The position numbers and the translations under genes are program-made. Positions 18,819 through 31,065 of a stretch of DNA of 64,000 bases are shown here, piece after piece. The notes beneath the pieces were generated by a model that saw only the letters and a list, made by a program, of their open reading frames with translations, was not told where the DNA came from and did no database searches. This DNA is from Gammaproteobacteria bacterium. GTDB taxonomy: Bacteria > Pseudomonadota > Gammaproteobacteria > DSM-16500. The number at the start of each line of letters is the position of its first letter. Position 1 is the first letter of the stretch. The stretch is taken from the NCBI GenBank assembly GCA_021325575.1, contig JAJPGW010000004.1:42633-106632 (forward strand), in the 5' to 3' direction.

Positions 18819-19031
18819 TTATTCAGTGTCTTTATCAGCTTCGTCTTTCTTCGCAGGGGTTGCATTTTTTTCCTGCTGAATGCGTTGATAAATTTCTTCA
18901 CGATGAACAGACACATCTTTCGGTGCGTTAATACCAATGCGGACTTGATTGCCTTTGATACCTAACACGGTCACGATGATATCATCACCTATGATTAATG
19001 TTTCACCCACACGTCGCGTTAAAATGAGCAT
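18819..19031 (-). CDS. csrA: carbon storage regulator CsrA
   Basis: [40 protein letters not shown]. Confidence 0.95.
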   Translation of the reverse strand: MLILTRRVGETLIIGDDIIVTVLGIKGNQVRIGINAPKDVSVHREEIYQRIQQEKNATPAKKDEADKDTE

Positions 19032-19174
19032 TTTTTATATCTCCTTGTTGATTACCATTTTACTTCCTAGTACACATTTTGCGTTACACACTAACCAAAG
19101 TCAGCAATGGTAAACAATATGATATACAGGTGTAAATATAGTTATTAAAATATATTTTTCAAATATCCTTTACT

Positions 19175-20425
19175 TTACGTTTCCATGAAGTCTTGATGTG
19201 TTTCGACCGATAATTTATCGAGACCGAACGCTTCGTGTACAGCGCGTACACCGCGTTCAAGACTATCTTCATCAATCACGACGGAAATTTTAATTTCAGA
19301 CGTCGTGATCATTTGAATATTGATATTCGCATTGCCTAAAGCACGAAACATATTGCTGGCGACACCCGCATGAGAGCGCATACCGATGCCCACCAGTGAT
19401 AATTTAGCCACTTTGGGATTGGTTTTTGGTGAAAGAGCGCCGAGTTCGGCGGCGAGCGTTTCGACAATTTTTAAGGCTTTTGGAAAATCTTTTCGTTGTA
19501 CAGTAAAAGTGAAATCGGTTTTGTCTTGATCGGATGCATTTTGCGCGATCATGTCGATTTCAATTTGGGCATCGCTGATTTTTCCGAGTATTTGACCTTC
19601 GATGCCGGCGCGATTCGGTACGGCAGAAAGCGCGATGAGGGATTCTTCACGGCTGAAGGCGATACCGGATACCAAACGTTTTTGCATAATTTTGTCCTCA
19701 AATGTCACTAACGTCCCTGGATGTTTGCTAAACGTGGATAAAACGCGAATCGGTAAATTGTGTTTGCTCGCGAGTTCAACTGAACGCATTTGTAAAACTT
19801 TGGCGCCCAGGCTGGACATTTCGAGCATTTCTTCGAAACTGATTTGGGGCAGCAAAGAAGCTTCGGGCAAAAGATGGGGGTCGGTGGTATAAACCCCTTC
19901 GACATCGGTGTAAATTTGGCATTCGTCTGCTTTGAGAGCGGCGGCTAAGGCGACAGCGGTTGTATCGGAACCACCGCGGCCTAAAGTGGTGATATCACCG
20001 TGTTTATTGATTCCTTGAAAGCCCGCGACGATCACCACAAAACCATCATTGAGGGTTTTTTGGATGGTTTCGGTTTTAACATTAAGTATGCGCGCTTTAG
20101 TATGGGTTTCATCTGTCATGATGCCGATTTGATGACCGGTAAATGAGCGGGCAGGGATGCTTTTCGCTTGCAATGCCATTGCTAAGAGGGCCATTGAAAC
20201 TTGTTCGCCCGTTGATACGAGAACATCGTACTCACGGGGATGCGGTTCGTTGGTTAAAGTTTGTGCCAAACGAATCAGTCTATCGGTTTCGCCTTGCATT
20301 GCTGAAACAACGACCACGACATGGTGACCGCTTTGTTTTGTTTCGATAATACGGGATGCCACGTGATGGATGCGATCCAACGTGCCAACCGAGCTTCCGC
20401 CAAATTTTTGTACAATAAGTGCCAT
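19175..20425 (-). CDS. lysC: aspartate kinase
   Basis: MALIVQKFGGSSVG, VVVVSAM, GRGGSDTTA, and C-terminal ACT repeats. Confidence 0.9.
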   Translation of the reverse strand: MALIVQKFGGSSVGTLDRIHHVASRIIETKQSGHHVVVVVSAMQGETDRLIRLAQTLTNEPHPREYDVLVSTGEQVSMALLAMALQAKSIPARSFTGHQIGIMTDETHTKARILNVKTETIQKTLNDGFVVIVAGFQGINKHGDITTLGRGGSDTTAVALAAALKADECQIYTDVEGVYTTDPHLLPEASLLPQISFEEMLEMSSLGAKVLQMRSVELASKHNLPIRVLSTFSKHPGTLVTFEDKIMQKRLVSGIAFSREESLIALSAVPNRAGIEGQILGKISDAQIEIDMIAQNASDQDKTDFTFTVQRKDFPKALKIVETLAAELGALSPKTNPKVAKLSLVGIGMRSHAGVASNMFRALGNANINIQMITTSEIKISVVIDEDSLERGVRAVHEAFGLDKLSVETHQDFMET

Positions 20426-20504
20426 ATCTTTATTATATCCTGAGTGTGGGCTATATGATGCTTGATATTCTGGGCGTTGTCTAGTAAATGATCATGAAGT
20501 GAGT

Positions 20505-23093
20505 TCAAGGGCGTAATTTTTTCGCTGCCCAATCGTATACTGAAAACAAGGCTTGATCAAGATGTTCGGGTTGATTTCCTCCAGCTTCGGCCATATCGGG
20601 GCGACCGCCGCCTTTGCCGCCGATTTGGCTTGCTACCATATTGACCAAATCGCCTGCTTTTATTTTATCGGTGCAATCTTTGGTGACGCCAGCAACGACA
20701 GTGGCTTTGTTGTCTTTTACGACAGCTAAGGCAATGACCGCGCGGCCTAATTTATTTTTTAATTGGTCGACGGCGGTGCGTAAGGATTTCGCATCCATGT
20801 TTTCTAATCGAGCGGCAAGGACTTTGACGCCTTCGATGTCTTTGGCATCCTTCACGAGGTCTTGACTGGTGGAGCTCGCTAATTTTTCTTTGAGTTGTTC
20901 GATTTCTTTTTCGAGCAAGCGGATTTTTTCGTCAGATTGCGCGAGTTTTTGTTTTAAATCCAGTTCGCGTTTTTCAATCCAACGCATTGCACCATCGCCT
21001 GTGACGGCTTCAATTCGTCGAATGCCTGCAGCGATACCGGATTCAGAAGTAATTTTAAAAATACCAATGTCACCGGTGTGATGTGCGTGCGTCCCGCCGC
21101 ATAATTCTACGGAATCACCAAAACGCACGACTCGTACGGTGTCGCCATATTTTTCACCGAATAAAGCGAGTGCGCCACTTTGGACCGCTTCTTCTGGAGT
21201 GGTGATGCGCACGGTTGCTTCGTGATTCGCCCGGATCTGATCGTTGACGCGTTTTTCGATGAGTTTAATTTCATCCGGGGTGAGTGCGGCAGAATGGGAA
21301 AAATCAAAACGTAAACGTTCGGGTTCAACTAACGAACCTTTCTGAACAACGTGTTCACCTAACGTGCTGCGCAACACATGGTGCAAAAGGTGCGTTGCAG
21401 AATGATTTAAAACGGCAGCAGCGCGGCGTTCTGCATTGACTATCGCGCAGACAGTGTCGCCCGTTTTGAGAGTGCCTTTTTTTCCAATATCACCTAAGTG
21501 GACAATCGCTTGGCCTTGTTTTTGAGTATCAAGTACGTGAAATTCAGCGCCGGTTTTTACATCGGTTAAAACGCCTTGATCACCCACTTGACCGCCGGAT
21601 TCCGCATAAAAAGGCGTGCGATCGAGAATCACGCTGCCTTTTTCGCCGGATTTTAATTCATTGACCGGTTGGCCGTCGCGATAGAGTGCGATAATTTTCG
21701 CGTTTTCAATTTTTAATTCTTCGTAACCTAAAAATTCGGTTTCTGAATCAATGTTCGCGCCGGTGTGATAATCCGCCGTAAATTTGCTGGCTTGGCGTGA
21801 GCGTTCGCGTTGTTGATTCATTAAGGTTTCAAAACCTTCGAAATCAATTTGCAAATTGCGTTCGCGAGCCATGTCTTCCACTAAATCCACAGGAAAACCG
21901 CAAGTGTCATATAATTTAAAAACGGTTTCGCCGGAAATAATTTTTTGGCCCTTTAATTTTGCTACTTCATTTTCAAATAATTTCATGCCGACCGTTAAGG
22001 TATTGCCAAATTGTTCTTCTTCGGCGCGTAAAACGTTTTCGATGTGTTTTTGTGCTTTGACTAATTCGGGATAAGCTTCGCCCATTTCATCAACTAAGGG
22101 TTGGACTAATTGGTAAAAAAATAATTGATCGGCCAAACCTAATTTATAACCGTGACGCAATGCGCGGCGAATAATGCGCCGCAACACATAACCGCGGCCT
22201 TCGTTGGAAGGCGTCACGCCATCCACAATTAAAAATGCGCTGGAACGGATGTGATCGGCGATCACGCGTAATGAAGTATTAGTTAAATCTTTGATATTGG
22301 CGAGTTTCGCCATGGTTTTAATGATCGGCTGGAATAAATCCGTATCATAATTATTGTGTACGCCCTGCATGACAGCCGTGATGCGTTCCAAACCCATGCC
22401 GGTATCGACGGAAGGTTTGGGGAGCGGTGTCAGCGATCCATCCGCTGCCCTGTCATATTGCATGAAAACTAAATTCCAGATTTCAACATAACGATCGCCA
22501 TCTTCATCGGGTGTGCCTGGAGGCCCACCAAAAATTTCAGCACCATGATCATAAAAAATTTCCGTGCACGGGCCGCAAGGACCGGTTGCACCCATGGACC
22601 AAAAGTTACTGTCTTCACCGCAATAGGAAAAACGTTTGGGGTCGACTTTCATTTCTTTTAACCAGATATCAGCGGCTTCATGATCGTCTTTGAAAACCGT
22701 GACCCATAATTTTTCTTGCGGGATTTTTAATGTGTTGGTTAAAAAATCCCAAGCAAATTGAATCGCTTCGCGTTTGAAATAATCCCCAAAACTGAAATTG
22801 CCTAGCATTTCAAAAAACGTATGGTGGCGGGCGGTGTAGCCCACGCGTTCTAGGTCGTTGTGTTTGCCGCCGGCGCGAACGCAGCGTTGGGAAGAAGCAG
22901 CGCGTTTGTAGGGACGTAATTCTTTACCTAAAAAAACATCTTTGAATTGCACCATGCCAGCATTGGTAAATAATAACGTCGGGTCATTGCCAGGCACGAG
23001 CGAACTGCTCGCAACCACTTCATGGCCGCGATCTTGGAAATAATCCAGAAACAAGCTGCGTAATTGATTCGCTGTTAATTTTTTACCGCTCAT
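20505..23093 (-). CDS. alaS: alanine--tRNA ligase
   Basis: 862 aa. FTNAGM.QFK, the [18 protein letters not shown] motif, the editing-domain HSATHLL, and C-terminal DHHA1 [11 protein letters not shown]. Confidence 0.97.
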   Translation of the reverse strand: MSGKKLTANQLRSLFLDYFQDRGHEVVASSSLVPGNDPTLLFTNAGMVQFKDVFLGKELRPYKRAASSQRCVRAGGKHNDLERVGYTARHHTFFEMLGNFSFGDYFKREAIQFAWDFLTNTLKIPQEKLWVTVFKDDHEAADIWLKEMKVDPKRFSYCGEDSNFWSMGATGPCGPCTEIFYDHGAEIFGGPPGTPDEDGDRYVEIWNLVFMQYDRAADGSLTPLPKPSVDTGMGLERITAVMQGVHNNYDTDLFQPIIKTMAKLANIKDLTNTSLRVIADHIRSSAFLIVDGVTPSNEGRGYVLRRIIRRALRHGYKLGLADQLFFYQLVQPLVDEMGEAYPELVKAQKHIENVLRAEEEQFGNTLTVGMKLFENEVAKLKGQKIISGETVFKLYDTCGFPVDLVEDMARERNLQIDFEGFETLMNQQRERSRQASKFTADYHTGANIDSETEFLGYEELKIENAKIIALYRDGQPVNELKSGEKGSVILDRTPFYAESGGQVGDQGVLTDVKTGAEFHVLDTQKQGQAIVHLGDIGKKGTLKTGDTVCAIVNAERRAAAVLNHSATHLLHHVLRSTLGEHVVQKGSLVEPERLRFDFSHSAALTPDEIKLIEKRVNDQIRANHEATVRITTPEEAVQSGALALFGEKYGDTVRVVRFGDSVELCGGTHAHHTGDIGIFKITSESGIAAGIRRIEAVTGDGAMRWIEKRELDLKQKLAQSDEKIRLLEKEIEQLKEKLASSTSQDLVKDAKDIEGVKVLAARLENMDAKSLRTAVDQLKNKLGRAVIALAVVKDNKATVVAGVTKDCTDKIKAGDLVNMVASQIGGKGGGRPDMAEAGGNQPEHLDQALFSVYDWAAKKLRP

Positions 23094-23096
23094 GGG

Positions 23097-23513
23097 TCAA
23101 TCATCACTATTTTTAAAAATATGGTTTATTTGTTCGAGTGTAAAACCTCGGTGCTGCAAAAAACGCATGTGCTGCAAACGGGTTTTAATATCCTGCGGGA
23201 CCTGGTTTTTAAATTTTTTCTGCCAAACCTGACGCGCATGAATAAACCATGCATTATCAGATATCTGTAAGAGATGTTCAATGGAATCTTCCGAAATTCC
23301 ACGTTCTAACAGTTCATTACGAATGCGTAAGGGCCCATAGCCTTTATTCGTGCGGAAATGAATATAATTTTCAATAAAACGCTGGTTGCTTAATAAGCCT
23401 TCTTGCGCCAGCTGTTCGAGCACCGGTTGAATCGCATCCGTTGCAAACCCGCGTTGGCGAAGTTTCCGTTCGAGTTCCGTTTCAGAATGTTCACGACGCG
23501 CGAGCAAATTCAT
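23097..23513 (-). CDS. recX: recombination regulator RecX
   Basis: 138 aa of three-helix-repeat protein immediately downstream of recA. LL.RREHS..EL..KL pattern. Confidence 0.85.
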   Translation of the reverse strand: MNLLARREHSETELERKLRQRGFATDAIQPVLEQLAQEGLLSNQRFIENYIHFRTNKGYGPLRIRNELLERGISEDSIEHLLQISDNAWFIHARQVWQKKFKNQVPQDIKTRLQHMRFLQHRGFTLEQINHIFKNSDD

Positions 23514-23542
23514 TGCGGCGCGTCGGACGTTAGCAGTCTCGC

Positions 23543-24592
23543 TCAGACAGCGGCCTCTTCTTCGGTTTCATCCATCTCTTCGTTGGTGACCGTATTGTTA
23601 GAAGGTTGCAGCAATTTTTCGCGCAATTGTTTTTCAATTTCCTGGGTGATTTCAGGATGCTCTTTTAAAAAGATGCGCGAATTATCTTTGCCTTGGCCTA
23701 TGCGTTGGTTTTTGTAGCTAAACCAAGCGCCGGCTTTATCAATCAAGCCATGCAATACGCCCAATTCGATGATTTCACCTTCAAAAGAAATACCATGATT
23801 GTAAAGAATATCAAATTCAGCTTGTCTGAAGGGTGGAGCGACTTTGTTTTTAACCACTTTGACGCGGGTTTCGCTGCCGATGATTTCATCGCCATTTTTG
23901 ACGCTGCCGATACGGCGAATGTCTAAGCGAACTGACGCATAAAATTTCAGAGCGTTACCGCCGGTGGTGGTTTCTGGATTGCCAAACATGACGCCAATTT
24001 TCATACGGATTTGGTTAATGAAAACGACTAAAGTATTGGAGCGTTTGATGTTGGCAGTCAGTTTACGCAATGCCTGTGACATCAAGCGGGCTTGCAAGCC
24101 CATGTGTTGATCGCCCATTTCGCCTTCAATTTCCGCTTTCGGTGTGAGGGCTGCGACGGAGTCCACAATCACGACATCGACTGCGCTGGAGCGGACCAAC
24201 ATATCGGTAATTTCCAGTGCTTGTTCGCCGGTATCCGGTTGTGAAACCAATAATTCATCCACATTCACGCCTAATCGTTTAGCATAAGCCGGATCCAACG
24301 CATGTTCCGCATCCACAAACGCTGCAGTGCCACCATTGCGCTGACAAGCTGCAATGACTTGCAAGGTGAGTGTGGTTTTGCCGGACGATTCTGGGCCATA
24401 AATTTCAACAATGCGTCCGCGCGGTAAACCGCCGACACCGAGAGCCAAGTCCAGTGTCAAAGAGCCTGTCGAAACCACTTCAATATCACGCACGGCTGTA
24501 GCATCACCTAAGCGCATGACTGAACCTTTACCAAATTGGCGTTCAATTTGACTGAGGGCTGCGCCTAACGCCTTTTTTTTGTTTTCTTCCAT
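23543..24592 (-). CDS. recA: recombinase RecA
   Basis: [20 protein letters not shown], Walker [21 protein letters not shown]. Confidence 0.98.
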   Translation of the reverse strand: MEENKKKALGAALSQIERQFGKGSVMRLGDATAVRDIEVVSTGSLTLDLALGVGGLPRGRIVEIYGPESSGKTTLTLQVIAACQRNGGTAAFVDAEHALDPAYAKRLGVNVDELLVSQPDTGEQALEITDMLVRSSAVDVVIVDSVAALTPKAEIEGEMGDQHMGLQARLMSQALRKLTANIKRSNTLVVFINQIRMKIGVMFGNPETTTGGNALKFYASVRLDIRRIGSVKNGDEIIGSETRVKVVKNKVAPPFRQAEFDILYNHGISFEGEIIELGVLHGLIDKAGAWFSYKNQRIGQGKDNSRIFLKEHPEITQEIEKQLREKLLQPSNNTVTNEEMDETEEEAAV

Positions 24593-24834
24593 CGTAATTA
24601 TCCTTAGTTTGCTTTGCGGTTTAAGAAAAATTTTTTAAAAAAATTGGGGGAGAATCTTTGAGAGGATACACTATTTTGTGAACGCTAATCTAGCGCGTTG
24701 TTGGGTGGGATGCAATGCGTTTTTAAAAAAAGTTTTGGGGAAAAATCCGTATTTTTTACTGATGAAAATAATGCCCTTTGTGATAATATACGGTCTTTCC
24801 TATTAATTATGGACAAATTTTTTACGAGGTGGGT

Positions 24835-25695
24835 ATGCTTAGATCAGCAGCTAAAATTTTTAGAGCAATCAGTTTTGGTTCGGTAGCGGCAGTGAGAGGT
24901 TACGAGGCAGATATTTTCGCAAAAGTAGCGCTAAATAAAGGCTTGGCCACAGAAGATTTTCACCCTTTAGGACTAGCAGCAGGGGTTGCCGGGGGTGCTG
25001 CTTTAATTGCGCATGCTCTCGATAAAGCAGCCGACAGTGCAGATCAAGCAGCGAAAGCTAAGGAGGCTCAAGAAGAAGCGGATCTGGAAGCTCAAAAAAA
25101 ATTACAAGCTCAAGAACCAGTTAGCACAGCCGATGAAGAGGAAACAGCAGGCGAAACAATGGCTGATAGAGCACTTAGAGAGGCTTCATCACCTGATCCA
25201 GACGCTCGCGCTTCAGAAGGCGATTTGCTGAAAAAAGACGATTGTTGTGATTCAAAAACCGTTTTTGTCCTATTGGGTGCTGCTAGAAGTGCAACATTAA
25301 CCGTTGCAACCTGGGCAGTTGCAGAAGGCGCAGCGCCTGTGGTTTTCTCCGGCGCTTTACTTGGCGGAGCTGCGTATATCACTGCTGAGTTTGTCACTAA
25401 GAAATGCAAAGGTGAAAAATATGGTTGGGTTGAAGCAGGCAAATCAGCAAGTGATTTTGCAACAAATAATTTAGCATTTATTTGTCTTCTCAAAGGTGGG
25501 AAAGTTGGCGGAGAGTTTTTGGAAGCCGCGAAAACAAGGACTTTAGATGTTACTTACCGAGCTCTTTCAGGGGCCACCGCGCTAGCCGCAAGTGTCAGCG
25601 GATTATTTTATGCAGGCAAAGCGGGTAAAGAACTCGTTGCGCTGAAAGAAGAATGCAAGAAAGATCCAGAGGCTTACAGACGAGCTCCAGGTTAA
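24835..25695 (+). CDS. Ala/Gly-rich orphan membrane-associated protein
   Basis: 286 aa. GAGGTG Shine-Dalgarno then ATG at 24835. Several Ala/Gly-rich hydrophobic stretches are separated by an acidic coiled segment (AKAKEAQEEADLEAQKKLQAQE). It is locally GC-richer than its neighbours. Confidence 0.5.
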   Translation: MLRSAAKIFRAISFGSVAAVRGYEADIFAKVALNKGLATEDFHPLGLAAGVAGGAALIAHALDKAADSADQAAKAKEAQEEADLEAQKKLQAQEPVSTADEEETAGETMADRALREASSPDPDARASEGDLLKKDDCCDSKTVFVLLGAARSATLTVATWAVAEGAAPVVFSGALLGGAAYITAEFVTKKCKGEKYGWVEAGKSASDFATNNLAFICLLKGGKVGGEFLEAAKTRTLDVTYRALSGATALAASVSGLFYAGKAGKELVALKEECKKDPEAYRRAPG

Positions 25696-25706
25696 TAGTC
25701 TTAGAC

Positions 25707-25748
25707 AGTGGCAGCCTGCTCTATGGTAGGCTTGCCACTTTATTTTAT
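25707..25748. terminator. candidate bidirectional terminator hairpin
   Basis: AGTGGCAGCC ... GGCTTGCCACT (one bulge) followed by TTTATTTT, between convergent genes. Confidence 0.4.
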
Positions 25749-26213
25749 AAAATCTAATAATCCTCGCAAGGCGCGATTAATTGATTGTTCGCGGACTGAT
25801 TCGCGATTTCCCTGAAAAATTTCAACAAATGCTTGTGTTTCTTTATCCATACCAGCAATTGCAAACCACACCATTCCAACTGGCTTTTTAGCAGTACCGC
25901 CATCAGGACCTGCAACTCCCGTAATTGAGATGCTGATTTCGGCGTTACTGTTTTTCAATGCGCCTTCAGCCATTTCGCGAGCGGTTTGTTCGCTCACTGC
26001 GCCTTCATTGCTCAAGGTTGTTTTTTTTACGCCTAACATTTCTTCTTTGGAAAGATTGCTGTAAGTTACAAAACCGCGTTCAAACCAGTTGGAACTTCCT
26101 GGGACTTCGGTCAAAGCAAACGCCAATCCGCCGGCTGTACACGATTCAGCGGTAACTAATGTTAAATTCTGTTTGGTTAATTTTTCTGCCAATTGCATTA
26201 CAAGAGCATGCAT
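25740..26213 (-). CDS. pncC: nicotinamide-nucleotide amidohydrolase PncC (CinA C-terminal domain)
   Basis: [11 protein letters not shown]......[15 protein letters not shown]...LGV, and its position next to recA as in E. coli (ygaD). Confidence 0.85.
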   Translation of the reverse strand: MHALVMQLAEKLTKQNLTLVTAESCTAGGLAFALTEVPGSSNWFERGFVTYSNLSKEEMLGVKKTTLSNEGAVSEQTAREMAEGALKNSNAEISISITGVAGPDGGTAKKPVGMVWFAIAGMDKETQAFVEIFQGNRESVREQSINRALRGLLDFIK

Positions 26214-26268
26214 AAAAACCCTTTTTTCACTATACTCGAAAACAGAATCTTATAAGGAAAATTGCGCC

Positions 26269-28812
26269 GTGACTACCGCTGTAACTCATACCCCCATGAT
26301 GCAACAATATTTACGCATCAAAGCAGATTACCCCGAAACTTTGTTGTTTTATCGCATGGGCGATTTTTACGAATTATTTTATGGGGATGCGGAAAAGGTA
26401 GCGCGTTTGTTGGATATTACGCTGACGGCACGTGGCAATTCGGCTGGAAAACCGATTCCAATGGCAGGTGTGCCTTATCATGCGGCAGAATCGTATATTG
26501 CAAAATTATTGCGGCAAGGTTTGTCGATTGCGATTTGCGAACAAGTAGGTGATCCGAAAACCAGTGTAGGTCCGGTTGAGCGTCAAGTTGCGCGAATACT
26601 CACACCCGGAACCGTCAGCGATGCCGCTTTTCTCGAAGAAAATCGCGAAAATTTATTGCTCGCCATCCATTCGGAAAATAATCGCTATGGCATAGCGACA
26701 CTGGATATCAGCAGCGGGCAATTTCATATTTTAGAAGTAACAAGTTTGGAAGCTTTGCATGCCGAACTTGAGCGCTTAAAACCCACTGAAATTTTGATTA
26801 GCGAAGACTCATCGCTCACTCTCTCGCATTCAGGAATTCGAAGACGCATGCCTTGGGAATTTGAACTGGAAAGCGCGCTGCGTTTGTTGACGCAGCAAAT
26901 GCAGACGCATGATTTAGCGGGATTTGATTGTCTGGATTTGTCTGCCGCCTTATGCGCTGCAGGTTGTTTGCTGCATTATGCACGCGAAACGCAACGTGCA
27001 GCACTTCCGCATGTGCGTGCGATTTCAGTCGAACGTCGTGAAGACAGTATTATTTTAGATGCTGCAACGCGAAAAAACCTGGAATTAATATCGCAACTTT
27101 CAGGTGAAACAACGCATACATTAGTATCTGTATTTGATAATACCGCAACTGCGATGGGCAGTCGTTTGTTAAAACGCTGGATTAATCGTCCTTTGCGTCA
27201 TCATGGATTGTTGCGTGACAGACAAGATGCCATAAAAAATATTTTGCACGAACGACATTTTTTATCACTACATGAAAAATTATCGCGAGTAGGCGATCTC
27301 GAGCGAATTTTATCGCGCGTAGCATTGCGTACGGCGCGTCCTCGTGATTTAGTTGAATTGCGCAACACGTTAAGTGTGTTGCCAGAATTACAAAGTGAAT
27401 TAAAAAATTTTTCAGCGGTTCTTTTAAAAAAATTAGCGGCTGAAATTCAAGAATTTCCAGATATTTTATCATTATTACAAAAAGCGATTGTTGAAAATCC
27501 ACCCGTCCTCATTCGCGATGGGGGTGTGATCGCCGAAGGATTTGATGCAGCCCTTGATGAATTATTAAAACTCAGCGAAAACGCCGGACAATTTTTAATA
27601 GATTTAGAAGAACGCGAAAAAGTTCGCTCGGGATTGTCTTCTTTGAAAGTGGGCTACAATCGCGTGCATGGTTATTACATTGAAATCAGCCGAGTGCAAG
27701 CGGAATCGGCGCCGACAGATTATATTCGCCGGCAAACATTAAAAAATGCAGAGCGATTTATTACGCCCGAATTAAAATCCTTCGAAGATAAAGCGCTCAC
27801 CAGTCGTGAAAAAGCGCTGGCGCGTGAAAAAGAATTATATGAAAAATTGCTCGATACGGTTCTTGAAAAATTATCACCATTGCAAGCTTCTGCCATTGCA
27901 TTAGCCGAACTGGATGTGCTAACCAATTTAGCGGAACGCGCCGACACACTCAACTTATGGTGTCCTGAATTAACCTCTGAACCCGGGATTCATATTGTAG
28001 GGGGGCGACATCCAGTAGTTGAATCCGTGCTGACTCAGCCATTTGTCCCGAATGATGCGCATCTTGATTTCGAACGGCGCATGCTTTTGATTACTGGCCC
28101 CAATATGGGTGGTAAATCAACTTATATGCGGCAAATTGCGTTAATTGTTTTGCTCGCGCATATTGGAAGTTTTGTGCCAGCAACGGAAGCACGCATGGGA
28201 CCCGTTGATCGCATTTTCACGCGTATTGGTGCAGCCGATGATTTAGCAAGTGGGCGGTCGACTTTTATGGTAGAAATGACAGAAACCGCGAACATCCTGC
28301 ATAATGCAACCGCAGAAAGTTTAGTGCTGATGGATGAAATCGGTCGTGGCACCAGTACTTTTGATGGATTATCCCTCGCATTTGCCTGCGCAGAATATTT
28401 AGCGCGTGAAAAAAAATCTTTTACACTGTTTGCAACCCATTATTTTGAATTAACGGCGCTTGCTGATTCCATCCCCACTGTCAAAAATATTCATCTGGAT
28501 GCAGTTGAACACGGTGACAAAATTATTTTTCTGCATAAAGTCCAAGAGGGCGCAGCAAACCAAAGTTATGGCATTCAAGTCGCACAATTAGCCGGTGTGC
28601 CGCGTCCTGTGATTCAAATGGCTAGAAAAAAATTACAGGAACTCGAAAATAAGGCGCATGTATCTGCCCCACAACAAATTGATTTATTTTCAGCAAAAAA
28701 ATCAGACCATCCTGTTTTAGAAAAATTAAAAAAAATGGATCCCGATCATTTTTCACCGCGCGAAGCGTTGGAATTTCTCTTTCAGTTAAAAGAATTAGCC
28801 CATGACGCCTAA
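26269..28812 (+). CDS. mutS: DNA mismatch repair protein MutS
   Basis: [16 protein letters not shown], Walker [27 protein letters not shown] at 26269 (AAGGA 10 nt upstream) chosen. The ORF-track extension back to 26089 overlaps pncC. Confidence 0.95.
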   Translation: MTTAVTHTPMMQQYLRIKADYPETLLFYRMGDFYELFYGDAEKVARLLDITLTARGNSAGKPIPMAGVPYHAAESYIAKLLRQGLSIAICEQVGDPKTSVGPVERQVARILTPGTVSDAAFLEENRENLLLAIHSENNRYGIATLDISSGQFHILEVTSLEALHAELERLKPTEILISEDSSLTLSHSGIRRRMPWEFELESALRLLTQQMQTHDLAGFDCLDLSAALCAAGCLLHYARETQRAALPHVRAISVERREDSIILDAATRKNLELISQLSGETTHTLVSVFDNTATAMGSRLLKRWINRPLRHHGLLRDRQDAIKNILHERHFLSLHEKLSRVGDLERILSRVALRTARPRDLVELRNTLSVLPELQSELKNFSAVLLKKLAAEIQEFPDILSLLQKAIVENPPVLIRDGGVIAEGFDAALDELLKLSENAGQFLIDLEEREKVRSGLSSLKVGYNRVHGYYIEISRVQAESAPTDYIRRQTLKNAERFITPELKSFEDKALTSREKALAREKELYEKLLDTVLEKLSPLQASAIALAELDVLTNLAERADTLNLWCPELTSEPGIHIVGGRHPVVESVLTQPFVPNDAHLDFERRMLLITGPNMGGKSTYMRQIALIVLLAHIGSFVPATEARMGPVDRIFTRIGAADDLASGRSTFMVEMTETANILHNATAESLVLMDEIGRGTSTFDGLSLAFACAEYLAREKKSFTLFATHYFELTALADSIPTVKNIHLDAVEHGDKIIFLHKVQEGAANQSYGIQVAQLAGVPRPVIQMARKKLQELENKAHVSAPQQIDLFSAKKSDHPVLEKLKKMDPDHFSPREALEFLFQLKELAHDA

Positions 28813-29608
28813 AGAATATTGTTACGATAAAGTGGCAAAGCCCGGATCTGAATTATTTTATGCGACCAAAAAAATTCCCTCTGAAAAACGCGATGCTGTA
28901 ATTGCTCTGCATGCTTTTTATCAAGAGATCGAAAGTATCGCGTTGAATACAGATACACTCGCACCCACCAAGTTAAACTGGTGGCGCGGTGAAATCATCA
29001 AAATCCAGGATGGAAAACCGGACCATCCTGTCGCGATTTTTTTGCAAAATGCGTTACCTAATTTTTCGCTCTACACAGCAAGAGTATTAGAAATCATTGA
29101 CGCTTGGGAATATGCTTTATCCGTTATACTTTTTGAAAAATTTGAAGATGTCATGACTCACATTATCCGAACAGCGGGCGCCAGAGAAGCAATGATTGCT
29201 GAAATCTTGCAAAATCAGAATGTATCAACTGAAAACATTTATTCTTTTTCATTTATCATCGAGATGACGCATTATATCCAGCATCTACATTCTTATGTGC
29301 GCGAAGAAATTTTTTATTTTTCAGAAGATGAGTTGCAGCGTTTTCAAGTGACCGCTCAAGAATTACAAAAGTATAAAACTACAGAAAATATTAAAACATT
29401 ATTACTCTTTCAAATAGAAAAAATAAAGAATGCTTATGAAAAAAATGCCATTACCAAACCTAAAACTATTTATGAAAAATACATGAAGTCACGATTAAAG
29501 GTAGCGCTTGCCGTTTTGCAAGCGATCGAATCCAGTAATTACTCAACCCTCGAAAATTTTATTGATATTACCCCCCTTAAAAAATGGTGGTTATCGCGCG
29601 CGCCTTAG
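28802..29608 (+). CDS. squalene/phytoene synthase family protein
   Basis: Y...VA..GS.F.YA....P..KR.AV.ALHAFY.EI..I is the typical N-terminal region of the family. 268 aa. The catalytic Asp-rich motifs look degenerate. Confidence 0.5.
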   Translation: MTPKEYCYDKVAKPGSELFYATKKIPSEKRDAVIALHAFYQEIESIALNTDTLAPTKLNWWRGEIIKIQDGKPDHPVAIFLQNALPNFSLYTARVLEIIDAWEYALSVILFEKFEDVMTHIIRTAGAREAMIAEILQNQNVSTENIYSFSFIIEMTHYIQHLHSYVREEIFYFSEDELQRFQVTAQELQKYKTTENIKTLLLFQIEKIKNAYEKNAITKPKTIYEKYMKSRLKVALAVLQAIESSNYSTLENFIDITPLKKWWLSRAP

Positions 29609-29697
29609 TGACAATAAAAGACATTAATATTCAGTTACTTGCATAAAGATTAAACCTCTATTATTGATTATCATTAAAGTGATATAATAGGCTACCT

Positions 29698-30198
29698 ATG
29701 TCCCCGACTCTATTTCAAAAGACGGACCGAAGATCCTCATGGAAGTTGGACCGAACAGAAAAAGATTCTGCCGGTGAAGATTTGTCTGGAGAAACGACGG
29801 ATCAAGGGACGGATCAAACGGGTGGCGATGCTTTTAAACCCGCAGAAGATACCCATCCGGAAATGCATGAAAATGTTCAGCCAGCAGAAGAAAGAAAAGT
29901 AAAGCGAAGTCTAGGACTTTATCCCCCTGATAAAACGCCTCTCGAAAAATTGGCACATTTATTGGAACGCGCTGAAAATTCCTTTGGAACGGCACGCATT
30001 AATTACATGGAACAATTGGTTATCTTCCTTGGCAACAATCGTAATCTTGTTAAAATTGCTCCCAAAGGGAAATACAATGCGCTGGAATTAGCACTCGAAA
30101 TTGGTCCTGCGCATGTGATTGATGAGTTAATTAATAATTTGCAAGCAACAGTTCGTTCTGAAAGAAAAGTGGTCCCAATTCGCGGTTTCCGAATGTAA
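29698..30198 (+). CDS. orphan hypothetical protein (acidic disordered N-terminus, helical C-terminus)
   Basis: 166-aa ORF standing alone between conserved genes. No family recognised. Confidence 0.4.
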   Translation: MSPTLFQKTDRRSSWKLDRTEKDSAGEDLSGETTDQGTDQTGGDAFKPAEDTHPEMHENVQPAEERKVKRSLGLYPPDKTPLEKLAHLLERAENSFGTARINYMEQLVIFLGNNRNLVKIAPKGKYNALELALEIGPAHVIDELINNLQATVRSERKVVPIRGFRM

Positions 30199-30245
30199 AG
30201 AAAGGATATCATAAAAAATTAGTTGAGTTGGCAATCGCAAATTTG

Positions 30246-31049
30246 TTATAAAGTTTTTAAATATTCTAAAACCACTTTATTAAAAACATCCCCCTGTTCA
30301 ATATGAGTAATATGTCCGGTTCCAGAAAAACAATGATATGCACAATTAGGAATTTGATCTGCTAAATTACGCATATGTTGTTCAGTCACAATCAGATCGC
30401 TATCGGAGCCAATCACTAAACAAGGGACTTTAATTTTATTTAGCCAGGATGAAGAATCAAATTTTTCTAACGCTATTAATTGATTTCGATATCCCACTTC
30501 CGTCATCGGAAATGGATTGGCTAAACCTGTTTGAATAAGAAAGTCAATCACACCCGGTTGATTTAAATAATGACTTGAAAAAACCCAACCTAAAACCATT
30601 TTTATTAATGCTTCATCTGGAACATTCAAATGCGATTGAAATATTTGCAATCTTCCTTTTGCAAACAGATGAAATTTGATATCAATTTTTGAAAATGAAT
30701 TGTAAATTATTGCGCTCTTGACCATTTGCGGATATTGATATGCAATCGTTTGCACGATCGCGCCGCCCATAGAATTTCCAATAAAATGGCAGGGTCCAAG
30801 CGATAACGCCTGGCACAAGCCAATGACATCCGCTGCCATCATTTCAATAGAATATGGAATATCAGGACAATCAGACTGTCCTATCCCGCGATTATCAAAC
30901 ACAATGACTTGATACTTATTTTGATAGGCTGCAATAATGTTTTGCCAAACAGTATGATCGGCGTTAAAACCGGTGACAAGAACCAGAGGCTCACCTTGGC
31001 CATGAGTTTCGTAATAAAGATTAATATTATTAATTTTAAGTTTAGGCAT
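30246..31049 (-). CDS. alpha/beta hydrolase
   Basis: HG.GEPLVLV.GF, nucleophile elbow GNSMGG, C-terminal GH.THIE. Confidence 0.8.
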   Translation of the reverse strand: MPKLKINNINLYYETHGQGEPLVLVTGFNADHTVWQNIIAAYQNKYQVIVFDNRGIGQSDCPDIPYSIEMMAADVIGLCQALSLGPCHFIGNSMGGAIVQTIAYQYPQMVKSAIIYNSFSKIDIKFHLFAKGRLQIFQSHLNVPDEALIKMVLGWVFSSHYLNQPGVIDFLIQTGLANPFPMTEVGYRNQLIALEKFDSSSWLNKIKVPCLVIGSDSDLIVTEQHMRNLADQIPNCAYHCFSGTGHITHIEQGDVFNKVVLEYLKTL

Positions 31050-31065
31050 GGGTCGTAATACTCCT

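Noticed and set aside
20614-21081. Antisense shadow ORFs inside long conserved genes. Examples: 20614-20865 and 20869-21081 in alaS, 4631-4999 in ffh, 27182-27502 and 27720-27953 in mutS, 19496-19892 in lysC, and 37359-37943 in murF.
   Set aside because: They are fully embedded antisense to genes with unambiguous homology. They have low-complexity or Ser/Arg-rich translations typical of shadow frames.
24593-24834. I looked for a LexA SOS box (CTGT-N8-ACAG) upstream of recA.
   Set aside because: None is present in the spacer. This would fit lineages that lack LexA, but absence in one promoter proves nothing, so it is not reported as a finding.
26089-26268. 60-codon N-terminal extension of mutS in the ORF track.
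   Set aside because: It overlaps pncC antisense. MutS homology starts at ..HTPMMQQYL, and GTG 26269 with an AAGGA Shine-Dalgarno sequence fits the E. coli N-terminus length.
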